From NCBI GenBank assembly GCA_951406725.2, contig OX597827.1, positions 77,066,001 through 77,130,000 on the forward strand: a stretch of DNA of 64,000 nucleotides, written 5' to 3'. The notes under the pieces are model-generated. The model worked only from the letters and a program-made list of their open reading frames with translations. It was not told the origin of the DNA and did not search any database. Positions within the stretch are counted from its first letter, which is position 1; each line of letters opens with the position of its first letter. Shown here one piece after another: positions 51,224 to 63,539 of this stretch. This stretch comes from Octopus vulgaris. Taxonomy: Eukaryota. A program made the position numbers and the translations under genes.

Positions 51224-51830
51224 AAGGCGGTGAGCTGGCAGAATCGTTAGCACGCAGGGCGAAATGCGTAACCATATTTCGTCTGCCGTTATGTTCTGAG
51301 TTCAAATTCCACCGAGGTCGATTTTGCCTTTCATCCTTTTGGTGTTGATTAAATAAGTACCAGTTATGCACTGGGGTCAAAATAATTGACTTAATCTGTT
51401 TGTCTGTCCTTATTTGTCCCCTCTATGTTTAGCCCCTTGTGGGTAGTAAAGAAATAGGTATTTCATCTGCCGTTACATTCTGAGTTCAGATTCCACCGAG
51501 GTTGACTTTGCCTTTCATCTTTTCGTGGTCGATAAATTAAGTACCAGTTACGCACTGGGGTCGATATAATCGACTTAATCTGTTTGCCTGTCCTTCTTTG
51601 TCCTCTCTATGTTTAGCCCCTTGTGAGTAGTAAAGAAACAGGTATTTCATCTGCCGTTACGTTCTGAGTTCAAATTCCGCTGAGGTTGACTTTGCCTTTC
51701 ATCCTTTCGGGGTCGATAAATTAAGTACCAGTTACGCACTGGTGTCGATGTAATTGACTTAATCCCTTTGTCTTTGTCTGTCCTTATTTGTCCCCTCTAT
51801 GTTTAGCCCCTTATGGGCAATAAAGAAATA
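51224..51830 (+). mobile_element. SINE B with body triplicated in tandem (184-bp period)
   Basis: RTCTGCCGTTA at 51281, 51465 and 51649; a single head. Confidence 0.9.
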
Positions 51831-51970
51831 AGAAGCTTGCTTCCCAAACACATGGTTGTTCAGTCTTACTGTTTGGCTCCTTGGGCAAGTGTCTTCTAAT
51901 ATAGCCTCAGGCCAATCAAAGCTTTGTGAATGGATCTGAGTAGATGGAAACTGAAAGAAGCCCACTAAGT

Positions 51971-52484
51971 TAGTGGTTCTCAACCGGGGTTAATATTGAC
52001 TCTGGGGAGGTAGGGTCCATGTAAAATTTTGTTAAAATTTATGCTCAATAAATCAGTTTTTCTTCTATTTTTATTTTTTATATAATTCCTAATAATATTC
52101 ATTTTGAAAAATATAATAGGATTTTTTTGCCAGTGCCGCTGGACTGGCTCCTGTGCAGGTGGCACATAAAAAGCACCATTTGACCGTGGCAGTTGCCAGT
52201 ACCACCTGACTGGCCCTTGTGCCGGTGGAACGTAAAAGCACCCACTACACTCTCGGAGTGGTTGGCCTTAGGAAGAGCATCCAGCCGTAGAAACTCTGCC
52301 AGATTAGATTGGAGCCTGGTGCAACCATCTGGTTCGCCAGCCCTCAGTGAAAATCGTCCAACCCATGCCAGCATGGAAAGCGGATGTTAATCGATGATGA
52401 TGATGATGAATAGTTATGAGGGCCCGGTAGATTGAAATAGAAATGAAAAGGGTCCATAGGTAAAAATTGATTTGAAAAACACTG
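51971..52484. mobile_element. hAT/Charlie-like MITE interrupted by an RTE tail (52128-52408)
   Basis: TAGTGGTTCTCAAC ... TTTGAAAAACACTG; flanks CACTAAGT/CATTAGGT. Confidence 0.55.
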
Positions 52485-53218
52485 CATTAGGTTGTTAGTC
52501 CCCTAAGAGAGAACACAAGAATCCTAAATCTGTTGTCGATATTTACTTCTTCCGTTTTAGCAGAGTCCAGAGGGGCGCGAAGAGGACGAATGGTCTTTCT
52601 GTGTCTACAAAGGAGATAATAGGGCAAGAGACAGTGTAAGCTAATGGCAGTTCAATCAAGGTTGTCAATATGGCGGAAGGGGGTGGGGAGGCTGACAATG
52701 ACTAATTGTTGCTGTGTTGTGTGTGAAGTAATATAATTAAATGGCTCATATTTCTAATTAAATTGTCCTTCTTAGAAACACAGAATTATTGAAAAGAGTG
52801 TGAGCAATTCATTGATAATAATAAGTGAATAATCGTGACATATTGGTTCTTTAATTGTTAGCAGGTGTTTAGAGGTGTTTGTCTCCCTCGGTGACCGATT
52901 TAAAAGGAGAAATGGCCAGCATAAACAATATGTCTTGTGTGATAGTCTTAATAGTTTTATCAAATTTGTAGCATAATTGAATGAGTCGTATTTGAAATTA
53001 AGTTGTCTTTATTAGAAACAAAGTCGTTTAAGATGGTGAGAACAATTTATTGATAATGATAATTGAGGAAATGTAACATAATGGTTCTATAAAACTGCTA
53101 TGAAGAGCTCAGAGGCAGTTACATGAAATACATGTGTCTGTGTGTGTATACATTTCTGTGTGTGTGTGCTATTTTGTCAAAAATTGTGATGACTCAAATT
53201 AGAATTGTGGAATCACTG

Positions 53219-53670
53219 CATCATCATCATAATCATCATCGTTTAACGTCTGCTTTCCATGCTAGCATGGGTTGGACGATTTTGACTGAGGACTGGCGAA
53301 CCAGATGGCTGCACCAGGCTTCAATCTTGATACGGCAGAGTTTCTATGGCTGGATGCCCTTTCTAATGCCAACCACTCTGAGAGTGTAGTAGGTGCTTTT
53401 ACATGCCACCAGCACGGGGCCAGTCAGGCGGTACTGGCAATGACCTCGCTTGAATCTTTTTACACATGCCACCGGCATAGGTGCCAGTAAGGCGATGCTG
53501 GTAACGATCACGCTCAAATGGTGTCTTTTACGTGCCACCAGCATGGAGGCCAGATAGCCGCTCTGGCAACGATCACGCTTGGATGGTGCTCTTAACACCC
53601 TACTAGCATGGGGCTCGAGTGCCAATAAGGCGATGCTGGTAATGATCACACTCGAATGGTGCCTTTTAAG
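53219..53670 (-). mobile_element. RTE 3' UTR and tail with variant tandem units
   Basis: (CAT)n, terminal hairpin and about five units. Confidence 0.8.
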
Positions 53671-53739
53671 TGTCTATGCAATAAAATGTTATTGCTGAAA
53701 TAAAGCTGTGCACCCATCCACCATCTGAGTTTCTACATC

Positions 53740-53975
53740 AGAGTCCAAGTCATTACACCTGTCAGGACGATGGAGTTCTTTGATATACTGGCTGGAGTGA
53801 TTCAAGGAGATACATTGGCTCCTTACATTTGTATCATTGCAGTGGACCATTGTATGCGTCTTGCGCTGGAGAAATACTATGACCCTGGCTTTCCTGTAGT
53901 GCCAGCTCAGGGCAGGAGGGTCAAGGCTAAAAAGATATCAGGTGCTGAATTTGATGACAACATACTTCTCACCAA
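53740..53975 (+). pseudogene. Decayed non-LTR reverse-transcriptase fragment
   Basis: EFFDILAGVIQGDTLAPY...AEFDDNILL corresponds to the GVxQG and decayed YADD motifs. Confidence 0.75.
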
Positions 53976-54562
53976 CATAACCAACATTAAAAGAAAAACC
54001 TATAAAGTGAGAAGAAAGATAATATTTAGCACTATTAATAACAGCTTAAACGTGGAATTAGACATTTGCAAGTTTTGAAGAATTCCCATAGACTGTTCGA
54101 AAGCTGTCAGGACAGGAACTCCCAGAACTTCTCAACTTCATTATCTCGTATTTTTATCATTTTGATAATGATAATGCAACTGTTTATTTTTGGAATGACA
54201 TTGTAGGGTTGATGGGTGATGTGGGATCTGGCCAATTTGGACATAAAATACATAGAATATTTCAGCCAGAAATGGCCATTTTAAATGCTGAAGGATTAAT
54301 GTGGATGTACAGTTTATAAAGGGTGTCACTGATGTAAGATCTATCAGATTCATCACATATCATTTGGTACACTACATAAGCCTGTTGTTGAAGCAGTTGG
54401 CTAACATCAAAACAGTGCTACAATGTTTCCATGTCACAATGTTGACTCCCAGACTTTTTCAAAGAAGGTCCAGTGTATGCCAGCAGTGTATATCCAGTCC
54501 TTTTCTATGGACAACTTCATGGATTGCAGCATTTTGTTATAGCAATAAATTATAACATTTAA

Positions 54563-54781
54563 CCCTTTAGTATTTAAACCGGCCATATCCAGCTAAAATA
54601 TTTAATCTGTTTTATGTTCAAACTGACCAGATCCAGGCTCTCACACCTACCCTACAATGTTATTCTACATTAAGTAATTACACCATCAAGATCTTGAAGA
54701 TATGAGATAATGCATGATTAATTCAAATCAATGGGAATCAATAGGCATTATGTTTGATAGAATAATCTGAACACTAAAGGG
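54563..54781. mobile_element. piggyBac-like MITE, family 2 (relatives at ~13035, 15920, 39460-39750, 40770-40990, 54150)
   Basis: TTAA|CCCTTTAG ... CTAAAGGG|TTAA. Confidence 0.75.
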
Positions 54782-55138
54782 TTAAATAACAGAACTATAG
54801 TTTAAGATTTGAAACTTCTTATAGACTTATAAGAAACAGCTGCCTGGCAAAGGATGCTGGGCAACCATTGTTTATTCACATCTTTTGAGATTTCTTGGTG
54901 TTGACAGATCTATTAAGTGCATCTTTTGTGTACACATATTTCATCATTATCGTCAGTGCTTCTCCATACTTGCAGGGGTCGAATGGAGTTTGTGGAGGCA
55001 GATTTTCTATGGCCAGGAACCTCCTCGTCCCCAAACTTCACCTGTTTTGCCAGACATGCTTTCACAGAATACTGGAAACAAATCACACTGCTTGTATGAT
55101 AGTGAAATTAATTTACAGGTACCAAGCTATGTCAAGAC

Positions 55139-55169
<31 letters not shown>

Positions 55170-55170
<1 letters not shown>

Positions 55171-55430
55171 TAGAAGGTTTGGAGGTGATGTACAGGTATT
55201 ATATATTAGAAGAAATGATACTCAGAAATCTGGATGGTTTTACATTTACAGATTATTATTAATATGTCACATGTTTTTATGAGTCATATATTAAGGCTTG
55301 CATCACTCTGAAGAGTCTATTAGAGTAGATGCAAGCGCTAATATATGATTTATAAAAACATTTGACATATCAATAAAAATCTGTAAATGTAAAACCATCC
55401 AGATTTCTGAGTACCTTATTTCTTCTAATA

Positions 55431-55435
<5 letters not shown>
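55170..55435. repeat. Foldback element with ~110-bp imperfect arms
   Basis: ACTCAGAAATCTGGATGGTTTTACATTTACAGAT is mirrored at 55379-55412; centre CTCTGAAGAGTCTATTAGAG. Confidence 0.9.
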
Positions 55436-55474
<39 letters not shown>

Positions 55475-55584
55475 TTTAACAATTAAGGATAACCTCCTAC
55501 TAAGGAATCTTAACAAGAAATTATCAGGTAGATAGCGTGAAAAACCTCATAAGGGAAAAATTTCGAAAATAATTCTTTCTTCTC

Positions 55585-55630
<46 letters not shown>

Positions 55631-55724
55631 TATATTAGAATTTTCTCTGATTTCTCAGATTTTTTGTATGCTGGACTACTGGTTTTAAATTGATATTGAA
55701 ATTAATATTAATTTATCTCCCTCA

Positions 55725-55776
<52 letters not shown>

Positions 55777-56199
55777 CATATATATATATAAATATATATA
55801 CATGTACATAAATGCACACACACACAAGGTGTACGAGTGATGTGCTTATATTTTCCTGTTCAGTGCAAACGGTTGTCTGTAGCAGTACTTAAAATTCGAT
55901 TAGATTTAACTGGAGCGAAATAGTGACCTGTAGAAAGAGAATTCAAACTAAGTCTGCTGAAAAAGAGAAGTCAGAGGGACAAAAAAAAAAAAAAACCCAT
56001 GCAAGACAAACGGTGTCGGTAACAGAAGTCCTTTCATTGATAAAACACTCCGTATTAAATACGTGCTACCTCAGACTGTTCTAATTAGCAGTTCCGATTG
56101 ATATAATGTATGGTATTGTTTTATTTGATAATATGCATTTTCGTGAAGGAAAATATGCAAATGTGGTTGGTTTGTGTAAGATATAAGGTTTGGAATATT

Positions 56200-56489
56200 T
56201 AATCCGGCCGTCTGTCTGTGTGTCGTCTTTCTAACGTTTTTTCTTCATTGTTATTATCTCCCCCTTTGTTTACTTCGATGGTTGTGTAAAAAAACTCTTG
56301 CTTCTTCTCTCCCGGTCACATTGTCTGCCCAAATCGGACCCCTATCTGCCGAATATGTGTGCCGTTTCATTGATTCACCAATGCCGGAATGTCCAGTGGC
56401 GTCGCCCGCCAACTGACGCCTGCCGTAGCTGAGATATTCGGACAGATTGGACGAGGGTTCGATCGATGTTGTTCTCGGCTGAGGTGAGT
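56200..56489 (+). promoter_or_regulatory. CpG-rich candidate first exon of a downstream gene
   Basis: CpG enrichment ending at a consensus donor GAG|GTGAGT (56483/56484). Confidence 0.5.
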
Positions 56490-57757
56490 TTTGTGTTCTT
56501 AAAGCAATTCTAAAGTCGGTGATCACATTACGTCTAAGCTTTTTAGATTCTCTACACATCGACTTCCCTTTCAAATATATCCAGTAAGACTTCCTCTTTA
56601 CACAACAAACACCCAACACTTGCACATATATATACACACATATATATAAAGAGAAAGAGAGAGAGACGTATATAGGCCAAATGCAATAAAGATAGTGATC
56701 AGGTTTCGCTTCTTGCCCTAGAAATATCGACCAGACGAGCCGCTCTCTTCTCCCCACTCCTCCATTTTACAACTTCGTCTGTGAACTCCAGACATTATTT
56801 TTCCTAAAAATCATTCACAACCACGTTTCCTTTTTCTCCCCCACAACCACCAACACCATCACCATCTTTCCTGTAAGGTACTCACTCCCTATATATATAT
56901 ATAAAGTGATTCTATATGTATTTATATGTTATATATGTGTCTTTGCATGTACGGGTATAACCCTATAGTTTGTACTTTCAGAGAGTTTACATGTCATGGA
57001 AAGAAATATAAATATTCAGGCCATAATAAGTTTTCAGTGGTTATTTTTAATACGTTTCGCTCCGCTATTAATAAAACTTGTCCAACTACAATTACATACT
57101 TACATACACACACATATATACATATATACACACATATATACATATATTGTAAAGTACAGATGTATTATATATCTTTGTGTACCGTGGCTAACCCGATAAT
57201 TTAAATATTGACTCCAGGTACGGATATCGATTTTGATGAAGGCATTTCCTTAGTTCAAAAATAGTTTGATATCTATTTCCCTCTTTTTTCTTCTTTTGTG
57301 TCTATTTTGTTCGTCTACCGAGGCGGTACATTCCCCTCAACCTCATTAGTCCTTGATCCACAACACACTAGGACATCGATATTAATTAATGAAGTTTTCT
57401 GTGATTAATAAATGTTCAGCTTCTTAACAAATTTTTTCAAATTAATTCAAGACGACGCGAATATTATTCAACAATCGATTACGGTGTGTATATATATATA
57501 TATCTATACCTGAACCTATATACTTAAATATATGTATACAATCATCATCACCATCATAGTTTTAACGTCCACTTTTCCATGCCTGCATGGACCAGACGAA
57601 GTTTATTCAGGTTGAGTTTCTGTAAGCGGGTGCACTTTCTGTCGGCGACCCTCACCTGTTTTCGAACCAAGGTAATATTTCTCCATGGCTAGACATGTTC
57701 TCGCAGAATATTTGAATATGTATAGATATAGATGTATGTCTGTATTTTTTTTTTTTA

Positions 57758-58124
57758 ATTCTTTTACTTGTTTCAGCCATTTGACTGCGGCCATGCTGGA
57801 GCACCGCCTTTAGTCGAACAAATCGATCCCAGGACTTATTCTTTGTAAGCCTAGTACTTATTCTATCGGTTTCTTTTGCCGAACCGCTAAGTTACGGGGT
57901 CATAAACACAACAACATCGGTTGTCAAGTGATGGTGGGGGAACAAACACACACATAAACATGTATATATATACATACACGACGGGCTTCTTTCAGTTTCC
58001 ATCTACCAAAGCTACTCAAGGCTATATTAGAAGACACTTGCCCAAGGTACCATGCAGTGGGACCGATCCTTGAACCACGTGGTTGGAAAGCAAGCTTCTT
58101 ACCACACAGCCACTCCTGTGCCTA
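57758..58124 (-). mobile_element. SINE A
   Basis: Family match. Confidence 0.8.
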
Positions 58125-58719
58125 TGTATATATATATATTTCTTTTTTTCTTTCTCTCTCCATGTTCTCCTCTCTATCCTTTCTGACAAAGAGCATAGGC
58201 TCAAAATGTCGAAGACTTTTCCATTCTTCTTGAGTGTCGAACTAATACACCTGCTTGTTCCCTCACCTGCCTTTGTCTTTTGTTTTCTGTACATCTTAAC
58301 TATATATTTATAGTTGGCAACCGATTTTGGTGTTTTTACGTTCCCATAACTTAGCAGTTCAACAAAAGAGGCTGATTGAATAAGTCCTAGGCTTACAAAG
58401 AATAGATCCTGGGGTCAATTTCTTCAACTAAAAACCCCATAAGGTGGTGCTCCAGCATGGCCACAATCACATTACTGAAATGAGTAAACAAATAAAATAT
58501 ATCTCCAGCATGGCTGCAGTCAAATGACTGAAACAAGTAAAAGAACCGTCCAACCCATGCTAGCATGGAAAACGGATGTTAAACGCTGATGATGATGATG
58601 ATGATGATATATATATATATATAATAATGTGAGAGACCCATCAGATTAATGTAAAATTGTTTTTTTGCAATGGAATATAAAAACAAATATTAACATGTCT
58701 GTCCGTTACGATTGAGAAG

Positions 58720-59110
58720 GTGAATGACAATGACCTTTTTGTGTGCGCAGTCTGTTACAGACCATGGCTTTCTTTTGCTGGGCTCAAATCTCATTTCTGA
58801 ACCCATGGAAATCGAACCTTCACCAACTATTCTGCCTATTTGCCTGTGCACACCTTTGAATGCAATGTATGCCAGAAAGTTTGCAACTCTAACGGAGGCC
58901 TGAAAAGACATTTTAAGATCCACAAAGATCAGAACTTATCTGCAGCTCTTGGTGGTCCAAATCGGATATGCAATCTATGTGGGTTTCTTTTCAAAATATT
59001 GTCAAGTGTAAAAAGCCACATCAGATGCCATGATGATTCTAAGGTGTAGGTACAGGAGGAGGTGGTCAGACTCTGCATAAGGAGTAGACAATCTCCATGT
59101 ATGTATATAT
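58720..59110 (+). pseudogene. Three in-frame C2H2 fingers with an internal stop; probably a LINE 3' end
   Basis: FVCAVCYRPWLSFAGLKSHF*TH / FECNVCQKVCNSNGGLKRHFKIH / RICNLCGFLFKILSSVKSHIRCH; non-TGEKP linkers; short 3' region ending in (TATG)n. Confidence 0.6.
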
Positions 59111-59811
59111 GTAGTGGATGCAATGAACAATAAAAGAAAGGCAAAAGACACCACAGGATGGACAAATTAAATAAAACACTGCATTAGCTTAATGCTTAAA
59201 TGGTGGGGAGGGTGGTCTTAATATTTCGGACATTAGTCTTCCATCATAAGAAAGAGAAAATATTAAAAGGATTAAGGAAGAAAAAATTAGGGAGAGAGAA
59301 AAAAAATAAGAGGTAAGGGATTTGCAGCCAGCTTGGAATGCAGTTCAGTTGACAGGAAATGTGTATAAATACATTTTTATTTTTAAGTAAGCTAATTGCT
59401 TATTGAATTTGTGTGAAATGGTTGAGTATCCCACATATGCTTGTACGATCACAGTGTGGGACAAGGTTGGAGCTTTGAAGTACAGAGCTTTGATCAATTT
59501 GACTGGTTTCCACACAATTTCCATCCGTTTAGTTTCTCTCACAAGGCTTCCTAACAATACACTTGGTGAGTTTGCTCAAACAATGGAATCCACTGAATCC
59601 TGTAGCCTCATCTAATAGCAAGTGTTTGCTACCACTTAAGGCTACTCAGCCAGTGGTGTTGTAGGCAAGTGAAGTTCTGTGGTGGACCTTTGTAGTGTTA
59701 CTTTTGTAAAAATTGGTGGCAGACCAAACTTATCTATTTTTCTCACTTTGATAATGTTTTTTTTTATTTTTACATTCATATATTTAGTGAAACTGTATAA
59801 GAACTTCATTC

Positions 59812-60468
59812 GGTGGCATGTAAAATATAAAAAGCACCATCCGAACATGGCTGATGCCAGTACTATCTGACTGGCTCCTATGCCAGTGGCATGTAAAAAG
59901 CACCAACCAAGCGTGGTCGGTGCCAGGTCCACCTGACTGACCTCCGTACCAGTGATACATAAAAAGCACTATCCAAACATGATCGAATCCAGTACCCTCT
60001 GACTGGCCCCTGTGCTGGTGGCATGTAAAAATCACCTACCAAACATGGTTGGTGCCAAGTCCACCTGACTGACCTCCGTGCCAATGACGTGTAAAAAGCA
60101 CTATCCAAACGTGATCGAATCTAGTACCCCCTGACTGGCCCCTGTGCTAGTGGCATGTAAAAAGCACTATCCAAATGTGGGCATGCCAGCACCCCCTGAC
60201 TGGCCCCTGTGCCATTGGCACATAAAAAGCACTATACAAATGTGGCCAATGCCATTACTCCCCCTGATTGACCCTTGTGCCTGTGGAACGTAAAAAGCAC
60301 CCACTACACTCTCGGACTGGTTGGCATTAGGAAGGGCATCCAGTTGTAGAAACATTACTAGATCTGATTGGAGCCTGATGCAGCCATCTGGCTCGCCAGC
60401 CCTCAAGTCAAACCATCCAACCCATGCCAGCATGGAAAGCGGACGTTAAACAATGACGATGATGATGA
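59812..60468 (+). mobile_element. RTE 3' UTR with eight ~66-bp unit motifs and (GAT)n tail
   Basis: AAAA(G/T)CAC at ~59829, 59896, 59962, 60027, 60093, 60159, 60225 and 60292. Confidence 0.85.
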
Positions 60469-61770
60469 TATTGCTAACTTAGGCTTTGTCCACCTCACCC
60501 TGCATTTTAAGGTCTGTTGTTGGTAAAGGAAAAAAACACAGGAAAGAAAATGCACACAATATAAATGCGGAGACCTTTGGCGATATACCCTGCTTGTGTA
60601 GACCTGTGAAGCCAAGTGAGATTATAGTGATGGACGATGCTGTTGTCACGTCCGTGGCACCGATGCTGGTGGCACGTAAGGAGCTCCCACTACATTCTTG
60701 GAGTGATTGGTGTTAAGAAGGACATCCAGCTGTAGAAACACTGGGGGCACGGTGGGAGGGGGGGTTGATGTAATTGACTTATCCTCTCCCCCAAAATGGC
60801 TAAAATAGCAGGCTGTGATTTGAGGAAGACTTGGTTGTTATTTCTACCCGATTAATAACCATGTGGAGAGCCTCTCCACCATTGCCACTCCTCTCTCTCT
60901 CTGTCCAGTGGTTCAACAGTATTTATTTGTGTCAGAGTGGTCAGTTTGGTGATCAACAAACTTCTCTAGATTGTCACTTTGTAAGAAGACGGTGGCAGTG
61001 GTGGTTGGGGCGGCGGCGGCGGTGGTGGTGGCGGCGGCGGCGGCAGTAATTAATGTGTCACTCAGTGCACCTCTCTGTCACTCTCTCTATCAATCCTTTC
61101 TCTCTCTCCCTCTCTCTTTCCACTATTTAGTAACTGATTCACACACCCCCACCATGTCCTTAATACTCACTGAAGTTTTATAACCCTAGGTCAGTCCTGG
61201 TCCAGCTGTCCTAGGACACACAGGTTGTTGTTGTTGTTGCTGTTGTTGTTGCATAGCCCAATTGTTTATGAATTTGTTTTGCTAGATTCCTGATGTGGAA
61301 CAGATCTTCTTCTTACATTTGGGGATGGTCAGTAACACCTGGGTCAATCCTGATCCACAGAGTCACTTGGTGCGTGTGTGTGTTCCCTGGTGTCACCTAA
61401 TCATTCAGTCTGCTAGAAATAGCAGCCAAACTCTCTCTCCTATCAAACCCTGCTATCTAGAAAAAGAAAAAAAAAAAAAAGAAAAGAGAAAAGAAAAGGA
61501 AGTTTAAGCACATTTAGACAGTGCAATTCTTAATATATAAAATGACAGGTTGGTCGTGACTGGAACCCTATTGGTTTTAGGAATTGCTCAGTCAAGGCTA
61601 GCCTGGGGTTAAACAGTAATAATACCACCATGTAGTAGAGTTGATTCATTATTCTCTGCTCTTGATCAGAGCTGACCAATGCCTTGAGTAAGTTTGGTAA
61701 CCAGAAATTATGTGGAAGCCTGTTGTGTATGTGTGTGTGTGTGTGTTTGTGTTTGTATATATATGTATAG

Positions 61771-62143
61771 GTATGGCTGTGTGGTAAGAAGCTTGCTTCC
61801 CAACCACAGTATTCTGGGTTCTGTCCCACTGCATGGCACCTTAAGCAAGTGTCTGTTACTATAGTCAACCAAAGCTTTGTGAGTGGATTTTGGTTGACGG
61901 AAACTCAAACAAGCCTATTGTGTGTGTGTGGCTTTATGTCTTTGCCTCCCTGCCCCCATCACCGCTTGGCAACCTGTGTTGGTGTGTTTACATCCCCCGT
62001 AACTTAGCAGTTTGGCAAAAGAGATCAATAGAATATGTCATAGACTTAAAAAGAATAAGTCCTTGGGTTGATTTGTTTGACTAAAACACTTCGAGGCAGT
62101 GCTCCAGCATGGCTGCAGTCAAATGACTGAAACAAGTCAAAGA
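61771..62143 (+). mobile_element. SINE A (diverged), followed by a repeated 3' half to ~62375
   Basis: Family match. Confidence 0.75.
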
Positions 62144-62617
62144 ATATGTGTGTGTGTGTCTTTGTGTTTGTTCCTACCACTGCTTGACAGCCAGTGTTGG
62201 TTTCTTTATGGTCCCCATAACTTAGCAGCTCAGCAAAGAGGGGACTGATAGAATAAATACCAGACTTCAAAGAAAAAGATATACCTATGTACTGGAGTTG
62301 ATTTGTACAACCAAGCCTTTCAGTGCAGTGCTCCAGCATGGCCACTATCCCGTATCTGAAACCAGTAAAAGACAGAAAATTGTTCAGTGTTAATGCTGGT
62401 GTTGTTGACCCCTATGCTGTCCCTGACCCAGCAGACTGTGACTCAAGGTGTTCTAGCTATGACCATCACATCTATTAAGGTGCAATGTGCATAGGCCAAC
62501 ATTATCCAGCATTATTGTTGTTGTTTAACCCCAGGCCAACCCTGATCCAGTTGCTCTTTCTAGTAAAGATGGTTAGTCAAACAGTTGGGAGATCCACAGA
62601 TTTATATATTTTTTTAC

Positions 62618-62945
62618 ATGGCCTGGTTTTCCATCAGTTACGATGATGAGGATTCCAGTTGATACAATCAATGGGACAGCTTGCTTGCGAAATTAATGTG
62701 GAAGTGACTGAGTACTCCACAGACACATGTACCCTTAACGTAGTTCTCGGGGAGATTCAGTGTGACATAGAGTGTGACAAGGCTTCCCCCTTTGAAACAC
62801 AGGTACTACTCGTCTTTGCCAGTTGAGTGGACTAGAGCAATGTGAAATAAATCGTCTTGCTCAAGGATACAACTAGCTGCTGGGAATTGAACTCATGACC
62901 TTCCAGTTGTGAGCCACATACCCTAACCACTAAGCCATGTGCCTT
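62618..62945 (-). mobile_element. tRNA-derived SINE, family C (relatives at 25833-26005 and 24410-24530)
   Basis: Minus-strand head AGGCACATGGCTTAGTGGTTAGGG...GAGTTCAATTCCC and core CCTTGAGCAAGAC. Confidence 0.7.
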
Positions 62946-63539
62946 TATATATACATACATACATATATATGTGTGTGTGTGTCTGTGTGTTTAGGCGTGG
63001 CTGTATGGTTAAGAATTTCACATCAGTACATGTAGTTCCTGGTTCAACCCCACTCCAGAGCACCTTGCCCTTTACTATCTGAAGCCTTGTGAGCGGATTT
63101 CGTAGACGGAAACTGTGTTGAAGCCTGTCATGTGTGTAGCTCTGGATCATGATTTCTACGCTTTTCAGGAGCATGGAACCACCTCTGAAAGCTCTACTTT
63201 GACTCTGAAGAGTAACATCTGTCTGGGTCTAAGCTATGGGTTAAATAACATGTGATGACAATCCCTGTGAGTAGAGGGACACAGAAATATCCCCGATTGG
63301 TGCCAGAGTACATAGAACCACTGGGAGTGAGGTGCTAACTGTTATCACAGCTTCCTTCTATAAGTGAGGTACTCTAATGTCAACTAGGGTTTTTGTGTGA
63401 TTACTGGGCATCTTGCTTCTGTCTGTTGCTAAGTACTAATTATGTAATTTACTAAATTCACATTTAATTGTATTAGTGGATTGACAGTATATCTATGTAA
63501 ATTTGGAGAATCTTGTCTCTCACAATATCAAATTATTTC

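Noticed and set aside
52565-52685. CTCF-like (CCAGAGGGGCGC) and YY1-like (AATATGGCGG) words
   Set aside because: Short imperfect matches with no supporting context.
54440-54530. Second RT fragment (SSVCQQCISSPFL, resembling GVRQGCILSP)
   Set aside because: Too degenerate to call without a profile search.
56254-56757. 167-aa minus-strand ORF
   Set aside because: Non-ATG start, crosses a microsatellite, and has no recognisable motif; better explained as the antisense of a CpG-rich + exon.
59812-60300. CRISPR-like repeat/spacer appearance (also at 12340 and 15088)
   Set aside because: The variable parts are homologous to one another, the repeats are degenerate, there are no cas genes, and the array is part of a LINE 3' UTR in eukaryotic DNA.
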